The notes beneath the pieces are model-generated. The model did no database searches. It was not told the origin of the DNA and saw only the letters and a program-made list of their open reading frames with translations. A DNA stretch of 64,000 nucleotides from Gekko japonicus (Eukaryota), in assembly GCF_001447785.1 (NCBI RefSeq), contig NW_015168093.1, positions 192,032 to 256,031 on the forward strand, given 5' to 3'. The translations under genes and the position numbers were made by a program. Below, piece after piece: positions 62,401-64,000 of the stretch (positions are counted from its first letter, which is position 1; the number at the start of each line of letters is the position of its first letter).

Positions 62401-63249
62401 TGTGGAGTATGACAGTTTTATGGGGCTAGACATCCTTTGAATGATTTTCCATCATTTTCACCATCTACATCAAGGGATTCCCAGCAGGAAGTAGGATTCT
62501 AGGAGATAAATTCTGAATCTGACTCAAAACCCACCCAAGCCTTGGTCAGGAAACTGAGAGATGGGATAAACTGTGAGGGACAGAATGGTTTAAAGTAGAA
62601 AAGATGGGACCTAAGTAAAATAAAAAATGAATAAACAAATAGGGTATCTGAGTATGCATATTCAGGAGTTCCTTCGCCTACTATCTGCTGTTTACTATCT
62701 GTAGACAAGAATGATACATGGGAAGGCACTTAAATAAGGGCCAGGCCAGTTTGCTTAGTGCAGCAGGACCCCTGCTGCTCTCCAAAAGAACGGTTGTATT
62801 TGACAAAGCCATACCAGAGCACGGCTCAGACTTGGTTTGGATCTGGAGTGGTGATGTCATCGAGAACTCCTTCTTGCTCTGTTCCCAGTAAGTTCCATCA
62901 GCCCCACTGTAACGGTCAGTACTGTACCACGTACGCCTGCAGCATTGCTTCTCAGTGTCTCAGATTTTGAACTGGGTATAATAGGTGTTGCTACCCACCT
63001 CAAGTGGGCCACCTCTGTGTCCAGTACAACACTCAGATCTCTCTCCCCATATTTGTTCGCTACCTCACCAACATCTTCACAGGTAGACGTTGTGTTTTAT
63101 GTGTCACCCAGGGCAAAAAATTTGTTCCTAATCTAGAGGCTTAAAAGAGCGTAGAAGGCTTTCTGTACTTGTGACAGCATGTGTTGTCGATTGAGAGTAG
63201 ACATATTCTTCTTCCCATTTCTTCTATGAACAAATTCCCTTTCCCACAG

Positions 63250-63381
63250 ATTTCCTTACTGCGGGAGATCACTGGTGCCTATGATGGGAGTGCTGATCAG
63301 TTCTTGCCTGTACCTGACCGCCGAAGGGGCCTGAAGGGTGACAGAGGGGATCCAGGAGAAAGGGGTCCTCCGGGCAAAGAG
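63250..63381 (+). CDS. COL7A1: Hinge exon, 132 nt: ISLLREITGAYDGSADQFLPVPDRRRGLKGDRGDPGERGPPGKE (about human exon 72)
   Basis: ccacag / gtgata; resembles human ASALREIVETWDESSGSFLPVPERRRGPKGD. Confidence 0.95.
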
Positions 63382-63975
63382 GTGATATAGAGCTGTTTTT
63401 GTACAATAATTACTTACAGTCCTAAAACATTTCTGTTGGCATAGCTTGCAGAAGGCTCTTTCCACGAAATGTATGCAACCTAACCTCTATTATCAGTGTA
63501 TGTAAGGTGTTCCTTAACCCCAGTGTCAGTGGGCCTGCATCTGAAGTAGAACTAAAGTGGATTCTAATTAGCATTGGCATTAGCTGAACCACATTGTTGT
63601 TATTTTATTGTTTTTGGAAAAGTTCACTGCAGAGATTCTCAGGAAACCAATTCACTGATTTTGCAACTAAAGTGTTTTAATTCCATGGGGAAATATTGAA
63701 TTCATAAGAAGCTTTTAGGCCTTTGTGGAGTAAAACATGAAACAGAAAGGTACAATAGAAGAACTATGATAAACCCAAACTGAGCCTCCATCTTTTGGGA
63801 CATCTCTGATGAATTGTTGCCATTTGCCTGTTGACAACCTTGCAGAGGAAGGAACCGGATTCTGTTCCTATTATTAGACTCAGAAGCGAGCACAATTATT
63901 TGGCGCCAACACATTGGATATACATGTCTTCGAATGCTCTGCAGAGAAACCTGCTCAAAATTGTGTTTCTTTCAG

Positions 63976-64000
63976 GGTGTCATTGGATTCCCAGGAGAGA
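63976..64000 (+). CDS. COL7A1: Start of next exon, GVIGFPGE (about human exon 73), truncated by window end
   Basis: tttcag acceptor; resembles human GPIGFPGERG. Confidence 0.9.

Overview
Vertebrate, not prokaryotic, DNA: almost certainly a squamate and probably a gecko, judging by its SINE, Penelope and hAT repertoire. The whole window lies inside one + strand gene, COL7A1 (type VII collagen). I traced about 43 short phase-0 exons (27-132 nt) encoding Gly-X-Y repeats, from GRNGIPGPP (1433) through the diagnostic non-helical hinge (NVERALDAYGIK / ISLLREITGAYDGSADQFLPVPDRRRG) to GVIGFPGE at the window end. Introns are greatly expanded by transposons: non-autonomous hATs with 8-bp TSDs (one is a 3.7-kb fold-back), a decayed Academ-like DNA transposon, an ORF1-only L1 derivative, DIRS remnants, solo LTRs, Penelope-like hairpins, L2/CR1/BovB fragments, and tRNA- and 5S-derived SINEs. 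The most interesting observations concern exon turnover in COL7A1: a tandemly duplicated exon, a probable fossil exon, a GC donor, an apparently shifted donor, and a 22-nt out-of-frame candidate exon. Three N gaps are present. Comparisons with human COL7A1 and repeat-family names come from memory, not from a search. I found no evidence of a wholly novel multi-gene system.
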